This document shows, piece after piece, positions 8,840 to 20,045 of a stretch of 63,213 nt of DNA. Every line of letters starts with the position of its first letter. Position 1 is the first letter of the stretch. Under the pieces are notes generated by a model. That model made no database searches. It worked only from the letters and a program-made list of their open reading frames with translations, and had not been told where the DNA came from. Position numbers and translations under genes: made by a program. Source of the DNA: an uncultured bacterium (GTDB lineage Bacteria > Zixibacteria > MSB-5A5 > CAIYYT01); contig CAIYYT010000054.1 of assembly GCA_903930455.1 (NCBI GenBank), positions 1-63,213 on the forward strand, read 5' to 3'.

Positions 8840-10318
8840 ATGTCAGACGACATGCGTTGTGAATGCGGTGTTTTCGGAATCTTCGGGGCAAAGAATGCGG
8901 CACAGATGACCTACTTCGGTCTCTATGCGTTGCAGCATCGGGGGCAGGAAGGCGCGGGAATTGTCACCTTTGACGGAAAAGAGTTGCACGAAGTTCGCGG
9001 GCAGGGTGAAGTTGCAGAGGTGTTTAATCGCCAGGAACGGCTTACTGAGCTTAAAGGTGACCGGGCAATCGGCCACAATCGCTATTCAACGGCCGGATCA
9101 TCGACGCTGCGCAACGTCCAGCCACTGGTGATAACCTTCAAGGGAAAGAACCTGGCAGCGGCGCACAACGGCACTCTCACTAACGCGGAATCGCTTAAAA
9201 GACATCTGGAACAGTCGGGTTCCATCTTTCAGACAACTTCAGATACGGAAATTCCACTGCACCTGATCGCCAAGAGCAAAAAAGGAACGTTAGCGGAGAT
9301 GATCGCCGACGCGCTGAAACGGGTGCAGGGGGCCTACAGTATGCTCTTTCTGGACAAAGACACGATGGTGGCGGCGCGCGATCCGCACGGGTTTCGGCCG
9401 ATGGCTTTGGGTCGTTTGGGATCAAGCTGGGTGATTGCGTCAGAGACTTGCTCGTTTGATATCATCGGCGCCGAATATGTTCGCGATGTATTGCCGGGCG
9501 AAATCATCGAAATAACAGAAGCTGGGCTTAGATCGCTGTTCCCCTTCAGGGAGACCAAACACGCCTTCTGCATCTTTGAGTTCATTTATTTTGCACGACC
9601 GGATTCCAAGATCTTCGGTGAGAACGTCGATAAGATCAGGCGGCGTCTCGGCCGCTATCTGGCATTGCAGCATCCGGCGGAGGCGGACATTGTTATTTCT
9701 GTTCCCGATTCATCCAACACCGCAACGCTTGGCTTTTCGGAGCAGTCCAAGATACCGTTTGAGTTTGGCTTCATCCGCAACCATTATGTCGGCAGAACGT
9801 TTATCGATCCGAAGCAGGATATTCGCGATCTGGATGTGAAGGTTAAATTTAATCCGGTCAGAGGCGTGCTCAAGGGCAAGCGCGTGGTCGTCGTGGACGA
9901 TTCGATCGTGCGCGGGACGACGATGAAAAAGCTGATCCAGATGTTGCGCGATGCCGGCGCCAAAGAGATTCATTTGCGGATATCTTCCCCGCCGATCATA
10001 TCCCCCTGTTTCTACGGTATCGATATGCCTACCAAAGAGGAATTGATCGCCTCGCATATGACGGTGGAGGAGATCGGAAAGCATCTCGGCGTGGATTCGA
10101 TCGGTTACCTGTCGATTGACGCGATGCTGTCGATGCACTCGCTGCCAAAGGAAGATTTTTGTGTCGCTTGCTTCTCGGGCAAGTACCCTACCAACGTCGA
10201 GAATCGCAACGGCAAGCTGGCGCTGGAGAGTGGCGCAGAACAACGGGGGCGCACGAGTGACAAGAAGACCAGCGGCGATACCGGACAGAAAAAGCCGAAG
10301 GTCAAGGCGTCGCTGTAA
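8840..10318 (+). CDS. purF: Amidophosphoribosyltransferase
   Basis: Ntn-Cys motif CGVFGIFG after a short propeptide, PRPP loop VVVVDDSIVRGTT, Fe-S Cys ligands (CFYGID, CVACFSGKYP). The TTG at 8795 is rejected because it sits inside the putative promoter. Confidence 0.92.
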   Translation: MSDDMRCECGVFGIFGAKNAAQMTYFGLYALQHRGQEGAGIVTFDGKELHEVRGQGEVAEVFNRQERLTELKGDRAIGHNRYSTAGSSTLRNVQPLVITFKGKNLAAAHNGTLTNAESLKRHLEQSGSIFQTTSDTEIPLHLIAKSKKGTLAEMIADALKRVQGAYSMLFLDKDTMVAARDPHGFRPMALGRLGSSWVIASETCSFDIIGAEYVRDVLPGEIIEITEAGLRSLFPFRETKHAFCIFEFIYFARPDSKIFGENVDKIRRRLGRYLALQHPAEADIVISVPDSSNTATLGFSEQSKIPFEFGFIRNHYVGRTFIDPKQDIRDLDVKVKFNPVRGVLKGKRVVVVDDSIVRGTTMKKLIQMLRDAGAKEIHLRISSPPIISPCFYGIDMPTKEELIASHMTVEEIGKHLGVDSIGYLSIDAMLSMHSLPKEDFCVACFSGKYPTNVENRNGKLALESGAEQRGRTSDKKTSGDTGQKKPKVKASL

Positions 10319-10449
10319 CCAGGTAGCGTTCGAAGACAAAGCCATCAACTGCGAACGAGAAAACACGGTTCAGTTAGTCATATCATTCCCACGCAACAGC
10401 TCCGTATCATCTGATAACGGCAGATCATGCCAATAGAAAAGGAAGTATC

Positions 10450-11499
10450 ATGTTGAAGACTCAGGGTTACGCTGCTCCCAGTGCGAAGGCACTTCTCGAG
10501 CCATATTCATTCGAGAGACGGGAGCCGCAGGATGATGATGTAGCGATCGATATCAAATACTGTGGAATATGCCATTCGGACATTCACCAGGCCCGCGAAG
10601 AATGGGGCGACGCTATCTTCCCGATGGTTCCGGGACACGAAATTGCGGGAATCGTTTCGGCGGTTGGCAAGAAAGTCACCAAATACAAGGTCGGAGACAA
10701 GGTCGGCGTGGGTTGTTTTGTCGATTCCTGCCATACTTGCCCGCAATGCCAGCAAGGGTTGGAGCAGTATTGTAGCGCTGGACCAGTCTTCACTTACAAC
10801 GGGCGGGAGTATGACGGTACGCATACATACGGCGGGTACTCTGACAAGATTGTGGTCAAGGAAGACTACGTGTTGCGTATGCCGAACAATCTGCCGCTCG
10901 ATGCAGCTGCACCTCTCCTCTGCGCAGGCATCACACTGTATTCCCCGCTGAGACACTGGCAGGCAGGACCGGGTAAGAAAGTAGGTATTATCGGCCTGGG
11001 GGGACTCGGCCATATGGGCGTCAAAATCGCGCATGCTCTTGGAGCAGAAGTCACAGTCCTAAGCCACTCGCAGAAAAAGCGGGAGGACGCGAAGCGACTG
11101 GGAGCCGATCAGTTTTACTCGACAGCTGACCCCGAAACCTTCACGAAGCTGCAGGGCTATTTCGATCTTATCATCAACACGGTTTCGGCTGAGCTTGATT
11201 GGAATCTGTACCTGGGGCTTTTGAAAGTGGATGGATCGTTGGTCGTAGTAGGCATTCCAGACAAACCGATTCCGATTGGGGCATTCTATCTGGTCCCCCA
11301 TCGCCGCAGTCTTGCCGGCTCGATGATCGGCGGAATCCGGGAGACGCAGGAGATGCTCGATTTCTGCGGCAAACATAGCATCACGAGTGATATCGAAGTG
11401 ATTCCGATACAGAAGGTCAATGAAGCGTACGACCGCGTTGTGAAAAGCGACGTCAAGTATCGTTTCGTGATTGACATGTCGTCAATCAAAGCCCAGTAG
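10450..11499 (+). CDS. NAD(P)-dependent Zn alcohol dehydrogenase (YahK/cinnamyl-ADH-like)
   Basis: [17 protein letters not shown], structural-zinc Cys cluster [15 protein letters not shown], Rossmann motif [13 protein letters not shown]. Confidence 0.9.
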   Translation: MLKTQGYAAPSAKALLEPYSFERREPQDDDVAIDIKYCGICHSDIHQAREEWGDAIFPMVPGHEIAGIVSAVGKKVTKYKVGDKVGVGCFVDSCHTCPQCQQGLEQYCSAGPVFTYNGREYDGTHTYGGYSDKIVVKEDYVLRMPNNLPLDAAAPLLCAGITLYSPLRHWQAGPGKKVGIIGLGGLGHMGVKIAHALGAEVTVLSHSQKKREDAKRLGADQFYSTADPETFTKLQGYFDLIINTVSAELDWNLYLGLLKVDGSLVVVGIPDKPIPIGAFYLVPHRRSLAGSMIGGIRETQEMLDFCGKHSITSDIEVIPIQKVNEAYDRVVKSDVKYRFVIDMSSIKAQ

Positions 11500-11642
11500 A
11501 GAAGACCAAAAGAACGAGGCGGTTGAAGGACTGTCTCGTTTTGCCATCCCCTATTCATGCAGCAGGTGCCGCTTCAGCGACGTCCATGGCGTTTCCACAC
11601 AAAAGCAAAGCGTTTCTCCCCCAATTGAGATAGATTGGCGGC

Positions 11643-12941
11643 ATGACTTCCAAAAAGAGGACAATAGCGCAACGGACGCGCGTTGCAGTCATCGGCGGCG
11701 GAGCGGCGGGATATTTCGGGGCGATTGCCTGCGCCGAGCAGCATAATAGTGTTGAAGTGACGGTCTTCGAGGGGACGCGGCAACCGCTGTACAAGGTCGG
11801 CATTTCAGGAGGTGGGCGGTGCAACGTCACGCATCATTGTTTTGAACCGGAGGCATTGGCAGAGGGATATCCTCGAGGGAGTCGGGAGTTGTTGGGAGCG
11901 TTCAAGCATTTTCAGCCGCGCGACACAGTGGCGTGGTTTGTTCGGCGCGGTGTAAAACTGAAGACAGAGGAAGACGGGCGCATGTTTCCCGTGACCGATC
12001 TCTCAGCGACAATTATCGACTGTCTGCAGAAGAGTGCCGCGAAGGCGGGAGTTGCCGTGCGAACCGGAGCAAGAGTTGTAGCGGTTCGTAGAGTGGACGA
12101 CGCGGCATCATCGCAGCTTGAGCTAGAGCTTAAAGGCGGCGAGAGAATGCGCTTCGACCAAGTGCTCCTCGCAACGGGGTCAAGCCCACAAGGATACAAG
12201 TTTGCAGAAATACTGGGACATAAGATCGTACCATGCGTACCGTCGTTGTTTACGTTCAGTATCAAAGATCCACGGCTGACGCAACTGTCCGGACTGAGCT
12301 TCCCTGCCGTCAGACTTGCATTATTGACAGAGGGCAAAAAGCCTCCGGAACAGATCGGCCCTGTGCTTATCACACACTGGGGTCTAAGTGGTCCGGCGGT
12401 TCTGAAGTTGTCAGCGTTTGGAGCACGGCAACTGTATGCGAGCAGATATCAGGCGGATCTGTTGGTCAACTGGATTTCCGACCACGATATCGATTCAGTG
12501 CTGGCGGAATTCCATGCCCATCGCGAGCAACATCCGAGACGCGCAGTTGTGACCGGTTGTCTCCTACCGCTTCCACGACGATTCTGGGAACGGATCGTCA
12601 GCCTGGCGGGAGTCGACAAGAACGTAACGTGGTCACATTGCACTCGTGCAGCGATGAAGCAAATAGCGACCGAGTTGACCGGAGGACGATATCGAATCGT
12701 TGGCAAGGGTGAATTTAAGGAAGAGTTTGTGACATGCGGCGGTGTTGATCTGAGGGAAGTCGATTTTGGCACCATGGAAAGCCGGATCTGTGCCGGGCTG
12801 TTTTTTGCCGGTGAAATCTTGAACATTGACGGAATAACGGGGGGCTACAATTTCCAAAGCGCCTGGACGACCGGCTGGCTCGCGGGGAGGAGCATGGGAA
12901 CGGCGTCGGTGCGCAAATCTTGCGATTCATCTGTACAGTGA
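11643..12941 (+). CDS. NAD(P)/FAD-dependent oxidoreductase, HI0933/BaiN family
   Basis: VAVIGGGAAGYFGAI dinucleotide fold, GGGRCNVTH, and a C-terminal FAGEILNIDGITGGYNFQ motif typical of this family. Confidence 0.85.
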   Translation: MTSKKRTIAQRTRVAVIGGGAAGYFGAIACAEQHNSVEVTVFEGTRQPLYKVGISGGGRCNVTHHCFEPEALAEGYPRGSRELLGAFKHFQPRDTVAWFVRRGVKLKTEEDGRMFPVTDLSATIIDCLQKSAAKAGVAVRTGARVVAVRRVDDAASSQLELELKGGERMRFDQVLLATGSSPQGYKFAEILGHKIVPCVPSLFTFSIKDPRLTQLSGLSFPAVRLALLTEGKKPPEQIGPVLITHWGLSGPAVLKLSAFGARQLYASRYQADLLVNWISDHDIDSVLAEFHAHREQHPRRAVVTGCLLPLPRRFWERIVSLAGVDKNVTWSHCTRAAMKQIATELTGGRYRIVGKGEFKEEFVTCGGVDLREVDFGTMESRICAGLFFAGEILNIDGITGGYNFQSAWTTGWLAGRSMGTASVRKSCDSSVQ

Positions 12942-13130
12942 GTGATCACTTCTGTTCACAAAACGAGCAGCGCGTAAAGCCGTGAAGGCTCAGCAGGTAC
13001 TTTTGAACAAGTGCAGCGTTTGAAAGCAATAGTGTCGATAATCAGAGTAGGATCGTCAGACTAGCAGCAGCGGGCGTGGGTACCCGTGCACCGACCAGCA
13101 CCCAGTTCCCTTCGGCAGGAGGAGTAGATT

Positions 13131-13988
13131 GTGCATACACCCGATACGAGCATGAAATCTCACTATCGCAGAATGCTGCTGGCTCAACTCGGCAAAGACG
13201 CGAGTCGAAAAGGTGCCCCGTACCTTTCGTGTAGGAAACGTTCGTCCAAGGAAATTGGTCGCAAGACGATTCTGGTCATCGATGATGAACCGTCATCGCT
13301 GGAACTAGCCGCTCATATCCTCACCAGTAACGGCTTTCGAGTGCTCACAGCGTCATCGGCCCAGGAAGGAAAGGAACTCCTACAAGCGGGCTCCGACATC
13401 TGTGCAGTAATTACCGATCTGCGGATGCCTGGTGAAGACGGATTTGCGGTCTTGACCTTTCTCAAAGAGAATCTCCGTTTCCATAATATTCCCGCTATCG
13501 TATTGACAAGCTGCTCCTACGGTGCTGCCGTTACCCGCGCCATCGAGTTTGGGGCTATAGACTATCTGGCCAAACCGTTCAACGCGGAGTCGATGCTCGC
13601 ACGTGTTCACCGCACCCTCGAACGCCGCAAGGGTGTGGTGCTGCTTGTCACGGATGATGAACTCCAAAAGGGGATGCTCGTTCGGGATCTTGAGGCGACG
13701 GGTCTCCAAATTATTACAGCCACAACCGGCGCGAAAGCATCCGCTATCCTAAAGACATCGCAATTCCGTTTGGTAATCTCCGAATTGGCGCTGCACGACA
13801 TGACGGGACTTGATCTGATGCTCAGTGCGCAAGAATTCAGCCCCGGACTGCCTTTCTTATTTCTGGGTGATCCGAGCTTGCGAATCACCGACAACGATAT
13901 TCGCGCCGCGGGGGGATTTGGTCTGATAGATAGACCACTGAGCAATGTTGATGTGTTGCGTAAGGTGAGAGCGGTTCACTGCAGATGA
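13131..13988 (+). CDS. Stand-alone tandem receiver protein (REC + degenerate REC)
   Basis: GTG start behind AGGAGGAG. REC1 is canonical (ILVIDDE...VITDLRMPGEDG...LTS...KP). In REC2 the acceptor, Thr and Lys positions read ISE, LFLG and DRP. Confidence 0.8.
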   Translation: MHTPDTSMKSHYRRMLLAQLGKDASRKGAPYLSCRKRSSKEIGRKTILVIDDEPSSLELAAHILTSNGFRVLTASSAQEGKELLQAGSDICAVITDLRMPGEDGFAVLTFLKENLRFHNIPAIVLTSCSYGAAVTRAIEFGAIDYLAKPFNAESMLARVHRTLERRKGVVLLVTDDELQKGMLVRDLEATGLQIITATTGAKASAILKTSQFRLVISELALHDMTGLDLMLSAQEFSPGLPFLFLGDPSLRITDNDIRAAGGFGLIDRPLSNVDVLRKVRAVHCR

Positions 13989-13997
13989 GAAAATGAG

Positions 13998-15455
13998 TCA
14001 ATTGGCGCCGAGAATGGAAAGACCGGCGAAATTGAACCATCCCTGCGGATAGACGCCAATGAGCAGGACAGCGGCAACGGCAAACGCTAGCGCGACCATT
14101 AAGAATACCGGCACAGCGGGAACCTCGACAGGTTGACCATCCGGTTCGGTCATGAACATTTTGACAACAACACGCAGATAGTAGAACACCGACACAAGAC
14201 TGTTAAGCACGGCGATTACGATCAGCACATAAAAACCCTGGCTGACGGCGGCTTTGAAAAGAACAAACTTACCCATAAAGCCCGCAGTCGGCGGGAAACC
14301 GGCCAGCGAAAGCATGAACAGCGTTAGCGCCAGTCCGAGGAACGGCCGTTTGCGAGCGAGACCGGTGTAGGTATCGATGCTAGTGAATTCGTCATGCTTC
14401 GCACCAGAGTCGACCAGCGCAATAACCATGAACGCCCCCAGATTCGTCAGAGCGTAGGCCAACAGATACAATGCCGCAGCGGATGATGCTTCGCCAGTGC
14501 CAACGACGAGTGCGATGAGAATATAACCGGCATGAGCAATTGAAGAGAAGGCGAGCATGCGCTTGATGTTGTTTTGTCGAAGCGCTATGATGTTCCCTAC
14601 TGTCATCGTCGCCACCGCCACAATCCAAAACAGCGTTTGCAGATGCGGGACGGTGCTGCCGAAGCCAACGCTGAAAATGCGCAGCATGGCCGCGAACGCA
14701 GCGGCTTTTGGGCCTGCCGACATAAAGCCGGTGATCGGTGAAGGCGCTCCTTCGTAGGCATCGGGCGCCCACATGTGGAACGGCACCGCGGCCACTTTGA
14801 AGCCAAAGCCAATCAACAGCAGGGCACTACCGATGATCAGGAAGGTGTCGACGTTGGACTGACCGAAAGCTGCATTGATGATGCCCGCAACGTCGAACGT
14901 GCCGGTCACGCCATAGACAAAGGCGATGCCAAACACGGTGAAGCCGGTAGCAAAAGCGCCCAAGAGGAAATACTTGATGGCCGCCTCGGTCGATTTCAGC
15001 TCGGTGCGCGCGAAGCCTGCAAGCACGTATAGTGAGACAGACATGATTTCCAGACCGAGGAAAATGACAAGCAGGTTCGAGGAAGATGCCATCACCATCA
15101 TGCCATACGTAGCAAAAAGTATCAGGGGGTAGTATTCACCATGCTCGTTCTCCTTGCGACGGAGGTAATCGATCGACGTGAAGATGGTCAGCATGGCAGC
15201 AACAATGAAGATACCGCTGAAAAACTGGCTGAAGTCATCGCCGAGGAACATGCCTCCGAAGGTCGTGGCGTTCTTGCCGATCTGCTGTGATACGGCAAAG
15301 AGCGCGATCGACAGACCGATCCAGCTTAAATGCGCCACGACTACTTGCCGTTTCTCACCAAGGAACGGCACAAGCAGCATCGTCAAAAGTGCCGTGATAC
15401 AGACGATCAGCGACGGCGACAGGAGCGCGAAATCAACGTTTGGAAAGCTCATCAA
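13998..15455 (-). CDS. nuoN: NADH-quinone oxidoreductase subunit N
   Basis: 485-aa polytopic antiporter-like protein at the last position of the nuo operon. Confidence 0.9.
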   Translation of the reverse strand: MMSFPNVDFALLSPSLIVCITALLTMLLVPFLGEKRQVVVAHLSWIGLSIALFAVSQQIGKNATTFGGMFLGDDFSQFFSGIFIVAAMLTIFTSIDYLRRKENEHGEYYPLILFATYGMMVMASSSNLLVIFLGLEIMSVSLYVLAGFARTELKSTEAAIKYFLLGAFATGFTVFGIAFVYGVTGTFDVAGIINAAFGQSNVDTFLIIGSALLLIGFGFKVAAVPFHMWAPDAYEGAPSPITGFMSAGPKAAAFAAMLRIFSVGFGSTVPHLQTLFWIVAVATMTVGNIIALRQNNIKRMLAFSSIAHAGYILIALVVGTGEASSAAALYLLAYALTNLGAFMVIALVDSGAKHDEFTSIDTYTGLARKRPFLGLALTLFMLSLAGFPPTAGFMGKFVLFKAAVSQGFYVLIVIAVLNSLVSVFYYLRVVVKMFMTEPDGQPVEVPAVPVFLMVALAFAVAAVLLIGVYPQGWFNFAGLSILGAN

Positions 15456-15508
15456 CTATCTCTTCAACAATTCTCTCTAAGACGGCCAACTGCCGTCAGT
15501 TAGAATCC

Positions 15509-15724
15509 TCATGATCCACCTTCGAAACCGAGCGTGACCTTGCCATGCTCGACAATGATGGGTACTATCTTTCTACCGTTTGCCAGCTTAAGGGCTTCCT
15601 CGGCAGCGCCGGGAACAGTGTGAACATCGATTTCTTCATAGGCCACACCGCGCCTTTTGAGATCGTCCTTGGCAGCCGCACAATGTGGGCAACCAACCTT
15701 TGTGTAGATTCTGACTTTGGCCAT
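15509..15724 (-). CDS. Glutaredoxin-like small redox protein (CPHC)
   Basis: 71 aa: VRIYTKVGCPHCAAAKDDLKRRGVAYEEIDV...VPIIV. Thioredoxin-fold CxxC motif and a cis-Pro region. Confidence 0.8.
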   Translation of the reverse strand: MAKVRIYTKVGCPHCAAAKDDLKRRGVAYEEIDVHTVPGAAEEALKLANGRKIVPIIVEHGKVTLGFEGGS

Positions 15725-15727
15725 GCC

Positions 15728-17284
15728 TCACTCCCCTATTTCCGTTGCGGTCGCAATCTGCCAATGTCTGCCGGGAACTGCGAGCTGCGACAGGTGCATC
15801 TTCTTAGCCGTAGTCTGTTCAATCAGATTCTGAACTGATGGCGCCATGGCGTTGAGGAACGGCTTCGGATAAAGACCGATCCAGAAAATCAGAATGATCA
15901 ATGGCAAGAGCACTAGTTTTTCGCGCAAGTTAATATCAGTCAGCTTGAGGTTTTCCGGCTTTTCACATTTGCCAAAAATCACACGCTGGAACATCCATAG
16001 CATGTAGACGGCCGCAAGGATGATTCCTGCGGTTGCGATAACTGCGTACGTTCTGTTCAACCCAAAGGTGCCGAGCAGAATCAGAAATTCACCGACGAAA
16101 CCGTTGGTGCCGGGCAAACCGATTGATGAAAGCGTGACGATCATAAAGAAGGTCGCGAAGATCGGCATAACTTTGAAGATGCCGCCGAAGTCTTCGATAA
16201 GTCGAGTGTGTCGGCGTTCATAGATCATGCCGACGATCAAGAATAGCGCGCCGGTGGAGATTCCGTGGTTGAGCATCTGCAAGAGAGAACCTTGCACTCC
16301 GAACATGTTAAGAGTGAACATGCCGATCATGACAAATCCCATGTGCGCGACAGATGAAAACGCCACCAGTGATTTGACATCCTTCTGCACCATAGCTACC
16401 AGCGCGCCGTAGATGATTCCGATTAGAGCCAGCACTGCCAGAAGTGGCATGAAAGTATCGAAAGCATTAGGGAACATCGGAATGCAGTAACGCAGGAAAC
16501 CGTAAGTGCCCATTTTTAGCAGCACGCCCGCAAGAATCACGGATCCGGCTGTCGGCGCCTGCACATGCGCATCAGGCAACCATGTATGGAAGGGAAACAT
16601 CGGAACCTTGATTAGGAACGCCAGCGCAAAAGCGATAAAGAGCCAGTTCTGTGCGCCGAGAGGAATCCTGAGATCATAATATGACAACAGATCAAACGAC
16701 CAGACGCCTGTTGCCTTATAGCGAATGACATAGAGCGCAACGATCGCAACCAGCATCAGTAGCGAGCCGAACATCGTAAAGAGCACGAATTTGATCGCGG
16801 CATAGATGCGATTGATTCCGCCCCAGATGCCGATCAGGAAATACATCGGAATCAACATGACTTCCCAGAAGATGTAGAACAGGAACAAATCAAGCGAAAC
16901 GAAAACGCCGAGCATGCCGGTTTCCAGAATCAAGAGCGATACCATGAAGCCTTTGACGCGGTCGGTGATTGCCGTCCAGGAGGAGAGAATGGAAATCGCC
17001 GTGAGCAAGGTCGTCAGCAGCACGAGAAACAAGCTGATGCCATCAACGCCGAGATAGTAACTGACGCCAAGCGAGGCAATCCAGGGTTTGTTGATCACGA
17101 ACTGCATCGCGGCGGTTCCGGGCTGGAAATTGAAATAGAGATAGGTCGAGATCAGGAAGGTGACCAACGCTGTTACGAATGCCGTAACCTTGATTGCCTG
17201 CTTCATCTCCTCGCGCAGGAAGAGCAAGATCAGAGCGCCGATAGTCGGCAGAAAGGTTACGATGGTCAGTATCTGTTCGTTCAT
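15728..17284 (-). CDS. nuoM: NADH-quinone oxidoreductase subunit M
   Basis: 518-aa antiporter-like subunit; assigned by operon order and family motifs. Confidence 0.9.
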   Translation of the reverse strand: MNEQILTIVTFLPTIGALILLFLREEMKQAIKVTAFVTALVTFLISTYLYFNFQPGTAAMQFVINKPWIASLGVSYYLGVDGISLFLVLLTTLLTAISILSSWTAITDRVKGFMVSLLILETGMLGVFVSLDLFLFYIFWEVMLIPMYFLIGIWGGINRIYAAIKFVLFTMFGSLLMLVAIVALYVIRYKATGVWSFDLLSYYDLRIPLGAQNWLFIAFALAFLIKVPMFPFHTWLPDAHVQAPTAGSVILAGVLLKMGTYGFLRYCIPMFPNAFDTFMPLLAVLALIGIIYGALVAMVQKDVKSLVAFSSVAHMGFVMIGMFTLNMFGVQGSLLQMLNHGISTGALFLIVGMIYERRHTRLIEDFGGIFKVMPIFATFFMIVTLSSIGLPGTNGFVGEFLILLGTFGLNRTYAVIATAGIILAAVYMLWMFQRVIFGKCEKPENLKLTDINLREKLVLLPLIILIFWIGLYPKPFLNAMAPSVQNLIEQTTAKKMHLSQLAVPGRHWQIATATEIGE

Positions 17285-17286
17285 CT

Positions 17287-19218
17287 CTATCTACTCAAAA
17301 TCAAATAGCCGATCACGAATATCGCGCCGCCGAGAAAGACAAAAGCATAACTGCGAACCATACCGGTCTGTAGCTTGCGCATGCTGATCGCCCATTGACC
17401 GGCCAGCCAAGCTGCGCCGTTGAAGAAGCCGTCTATAATCAGAACGTCGAACTTCTGCCAGAGTAGATTCGATCCCTTGACCAGCGGGTTGACGATTACC
17501 CTGTCATATAGCTCATCGATGTAATACTTGTTGTAAACCAGCTTGTACAAACCGCCGAATCCATGCTCGAACTGCTCCGAGTCTTTGGCGCGATCGAGGT
17601 AATACCGCTTTGCCGTGAAGATCATCAGTACGACAAATGCAACAGCTGCAAGCATCAATACATATTCCGTCGCATGCGACTCCCCTGCCCCTTCGGCGAG
17701 TTTGCCGATTTCGGCTCCTTTAGCAAAAACAGGATGCAAGAAGCGCTCGAACCAAGCGCCACCAAGAAGTGCTTTGGGAAGGCCAACGTAGCCACCGATG
17801 ACTGATAGCACCGCGAGAATTATAAGAGGGACGGTCATGACTCTTGGTGATTCATGCACATGTGAAGCAGCATGGTCATCATAGCGTCGCTGCCCGAAAA
17901 ATGTCAGGTAGATCAGGCGGAACATATAGAAAGCGGTCAATCCGGCGGTCAGGAGACCAACCACCCAGAGCAGCGGAGAACCAAATCGCGACGAAAACGC
18001 TTGCCAGAGGATTTCATCTTTCGAGAAAAAGCCGGAGAAAAGTGGAATGCCGGAGATGGCCAAGGTGGCAATGATCATGGTCGTATAGGTCACGGGCAGT
18101 TTGCTCTTGAGTCCCCCCATGCGGCGCATATCCTGCTCGCCACTCATGGCATGAATAACAGAGCCGGCGCCAAGGAACAAGAGCGCTTTGAAGAAGGCGT
18201 GAGTCATCAAATGGAAGATGCCAGCGCCGAAGGCGGCGACTCCGCAGGCCACGAACATGTAGCCAAGTTGACTGATAGTTGAGTATGCCAGTACGCGTTT
18301 GATATCATTCTGGAAGAGACCGATGGTTGCGGCATAGAAGGCGGTAAACATACCGACAACGGCAACGACGAGCAACGTGGTTGGCGCCAGCATATAGAGG
18401 ACATTGCAACGCGCGACCATGTAGACTCCGGCTGTGACCATGGTAGCAGCGTGAATCAACGCGGAGACCGGCGTCGGGCCTTCCATAGCGTCGGGAAGCC
18501 AGACATACAACGGCACCTGCGCCGATTTGCCGACAGCGCCGAGGAACAGAAGCAATGTTGCTGCTGTGATAATGCCACCACCGTATGCCAACTGCTGAGG
18601 AGCAAGATTGAAGACAGTAGCGAAGTGAACCGAACCGACCGTCCAGAAAAGGAGCATGATGCCGAGCGCAAAACCGAAGTCGCCGATACGATTGACGATA
18701 AACGCTTTCTTGCCGGCATCCGTGGCTGATCGTTTTTCATACCAAAAGCCGATCAGCAGATAGGAGCACAAGCCGACGCCTTCCCAACCGACATACATCA
18801 ACACGAAGTTGTTCGCCAGCACGAGGACCAGCATCGAGGCCATGAAGAGATTCATGTATGTGAAGAAGCGCGAGTAGTCCTCGTCGTGAGCCATGTAACC
18901 GATTGAATAGACATGAATCAAAAGCCCGACTCCCGAAACGACCAAGATCATCACAGCCGAAAGCGGGTCGAGCAAGAAACCGACGTCGGCGTTGAGAGAG
19001 CCGGAAGGAATCCAGGAAAAGAGAATGTATTCAAAACTTCGGCTCTCCGGCGCGAGACGCAACAGGCCAAAGAAGGCATTAAGAGACAACAGGAACGACA
19101 GCGCAACTGAGCCGCAGGCAATCGTGTTGATCACCGGTTTGCTAAAGCTTTTGCCAAACAGGCCGTTCAATAAGAAGCCGGCCAGCGGCACAAGCGGTAT
19201 CAACCAGATCAGTTCCAT
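17287..19218 (-). CDS. nuoL: NADH-quinone oxidoreductase subunit L
   Basis: 643 aa, the longest antiporter-like subunit, with a C-terminal lateral-helix region. Confidence 0.9.
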   Translation of the reverse strand: MELIWLIPLVPLAGFLLNGLFGKSFSKPVINTIACGSVALSFLLSLNAFFGLLRLAPESRSFEYILFSWIPSGSLNADVGFLLDPLSAVMILVVSGVGLLIHVYSIGYMAHDEDYSRFFTYMNLFMASMLVLVLANNFVLMYVGWEGVGLCSYLLIGFWYEKRSATDAGKKAFIVNRIGDFGFALGIMLLFWTVGSVHFATVFNLAPQQLAYGGGIITAATLLLFLGAVGKSAQVPLYVWLPDAMEGPTPVSALIHAATMVTAGVYMVARCNVLYMLAPTTLLVVAVVGMFTAFYAATIGLFQNDIKRVLAYSTISQLGYMFVACGVAAFGAGIFHLMTHAFFKALLFLGAGSVIHAMSGEQDMRRMGGLKSKLPVTYTTMIIATLAISGIPLFSGFFSKDEILWQAFSSRFGSPLLWVVGLLTAGLTAFYMFRLIYLTFFGQRRYDDHAASHVHESPRVMTVPLIILAVLSVIGGYVGLPKALLGGAWFERFLHPVFAKGAEIGKLAEGAGESHATEYVLMLAAVAFVVLMIFTAKRYYLDRAKDSEQFEHGFGGLYKLVYNKYYIDELYDRVIVNPLVKGSNLLWQKFDVLIIDGFFNGAAWLAGQWAISMRKLQTGMVRSYAFVFLGGAIFVIGYLILSR

Positions 19219-19231
19219 CGTATCCTCTCGC

Positions 19232-19534
19232 CTACCACTTCATCAAATTGACTTCATCAATGTTGGCGCTGTCTCGATTACGAAAGAGCGCAATGATAAT
19301 TGACAGACCTACGGCTGCCTCGGCAGCGGCAACGGTCATAATCATAAAGACCATCACGTGCCCCCCCATCGAGCCGAGATTGCGGGAGAAGGCAATCATG
19401 GCGAGATTGGCGGCATTAAGCATCAACTCAATCGACATGAAAATGATGATGATATTGCGGGCAACGATCACTCCGATCATCCCAATCGTGAAGATGATGC
19501 CGGCGACAACTAGATAGTATTCAAGTGGAACCAT
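19232..19534 (-). CDS. nuoK: NADH-quinone oxidoreductase subunit K
   Basis: 100 aa, 3 TM helices, conserved Glu residues in the TM helices; operon position. Confidence 0.9.
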   Translation of the reverse strand: MVPLEYYLVVAGIIFTIGMIGVIVARNIIIIFMSIELMLNAANLAMIAFSRNLGSMGGHVMVFMIMTVAAAEAAVGLSIIIALFRNRDSANIDEVNLMKW

Positions 19535-19537
19535 AGC

Positions 19538-20038
19538 TCACAGTTTCTTCTTTGCCATCACCACGGCGCCAAGAATTGCCACGATTAGCAACACCGACGT
19601 CAGTTCAAAAGGATAGAGATACGTCGTAAACAGCTCCTTGCCGACTCCCTGCACTGATCCAAACGTCGCCGACAGATCGGCTCCGGGCTGTGCGGGAACC
19701 AGGGAAGCATTAATGACGACGAGAGTTTCTATCAACAAGACCATTGCGAAAGCGATCGCCAACGGTTTGAATCTCAATTTGATGTCTTTGCCGAAATCCT
19801 CGCGGCGCAGATTGAGTAGCATGATCACGAACAAAAACAGGACCATGATTGCTCCGGCGTAGACGATAACTTGCAGGATGGCGATAAACGCCGCCCGGAG
19901 CTGGATAAACAAAATCGCCTGCGCGACGAAAGTTGTTACGAGATACATCACAGAGGCAATCGGATTTCGCTGCAAGATTACTAATAGTGCTGCGACGATT
20001 GCAACCAGAGATGTGAGTATAAAGATTGCCAGTTCCAT
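19538..20038 (-). CDS. nuoJ: NADH-quinone oxidoreductase subunit J
   Basis: 166-aa membrane protein between nuoI and nuoK. Confidence 0.85.
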   Translation of the reverse strand: MELAIFILTSLVAIVAALLVILQRNPIASVMYLVTTFVAQAILFIQLRAAFIAILQVIVYAGAIMVLFLFVIMLLNLRREDFGKDIKLRFKPLAIAFAMVLLIETLVVINASLVPAQPGADLSATFGSVQGVGKELFTTYLYPFELTSVLLIVAILGAVVMAKKKL

Positions 20039-20045
20039 AAGCCTA

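Noticed and set aside
9710-10366. 218-aa minus-strand ORF
   Set aside because: Antisense to purF.
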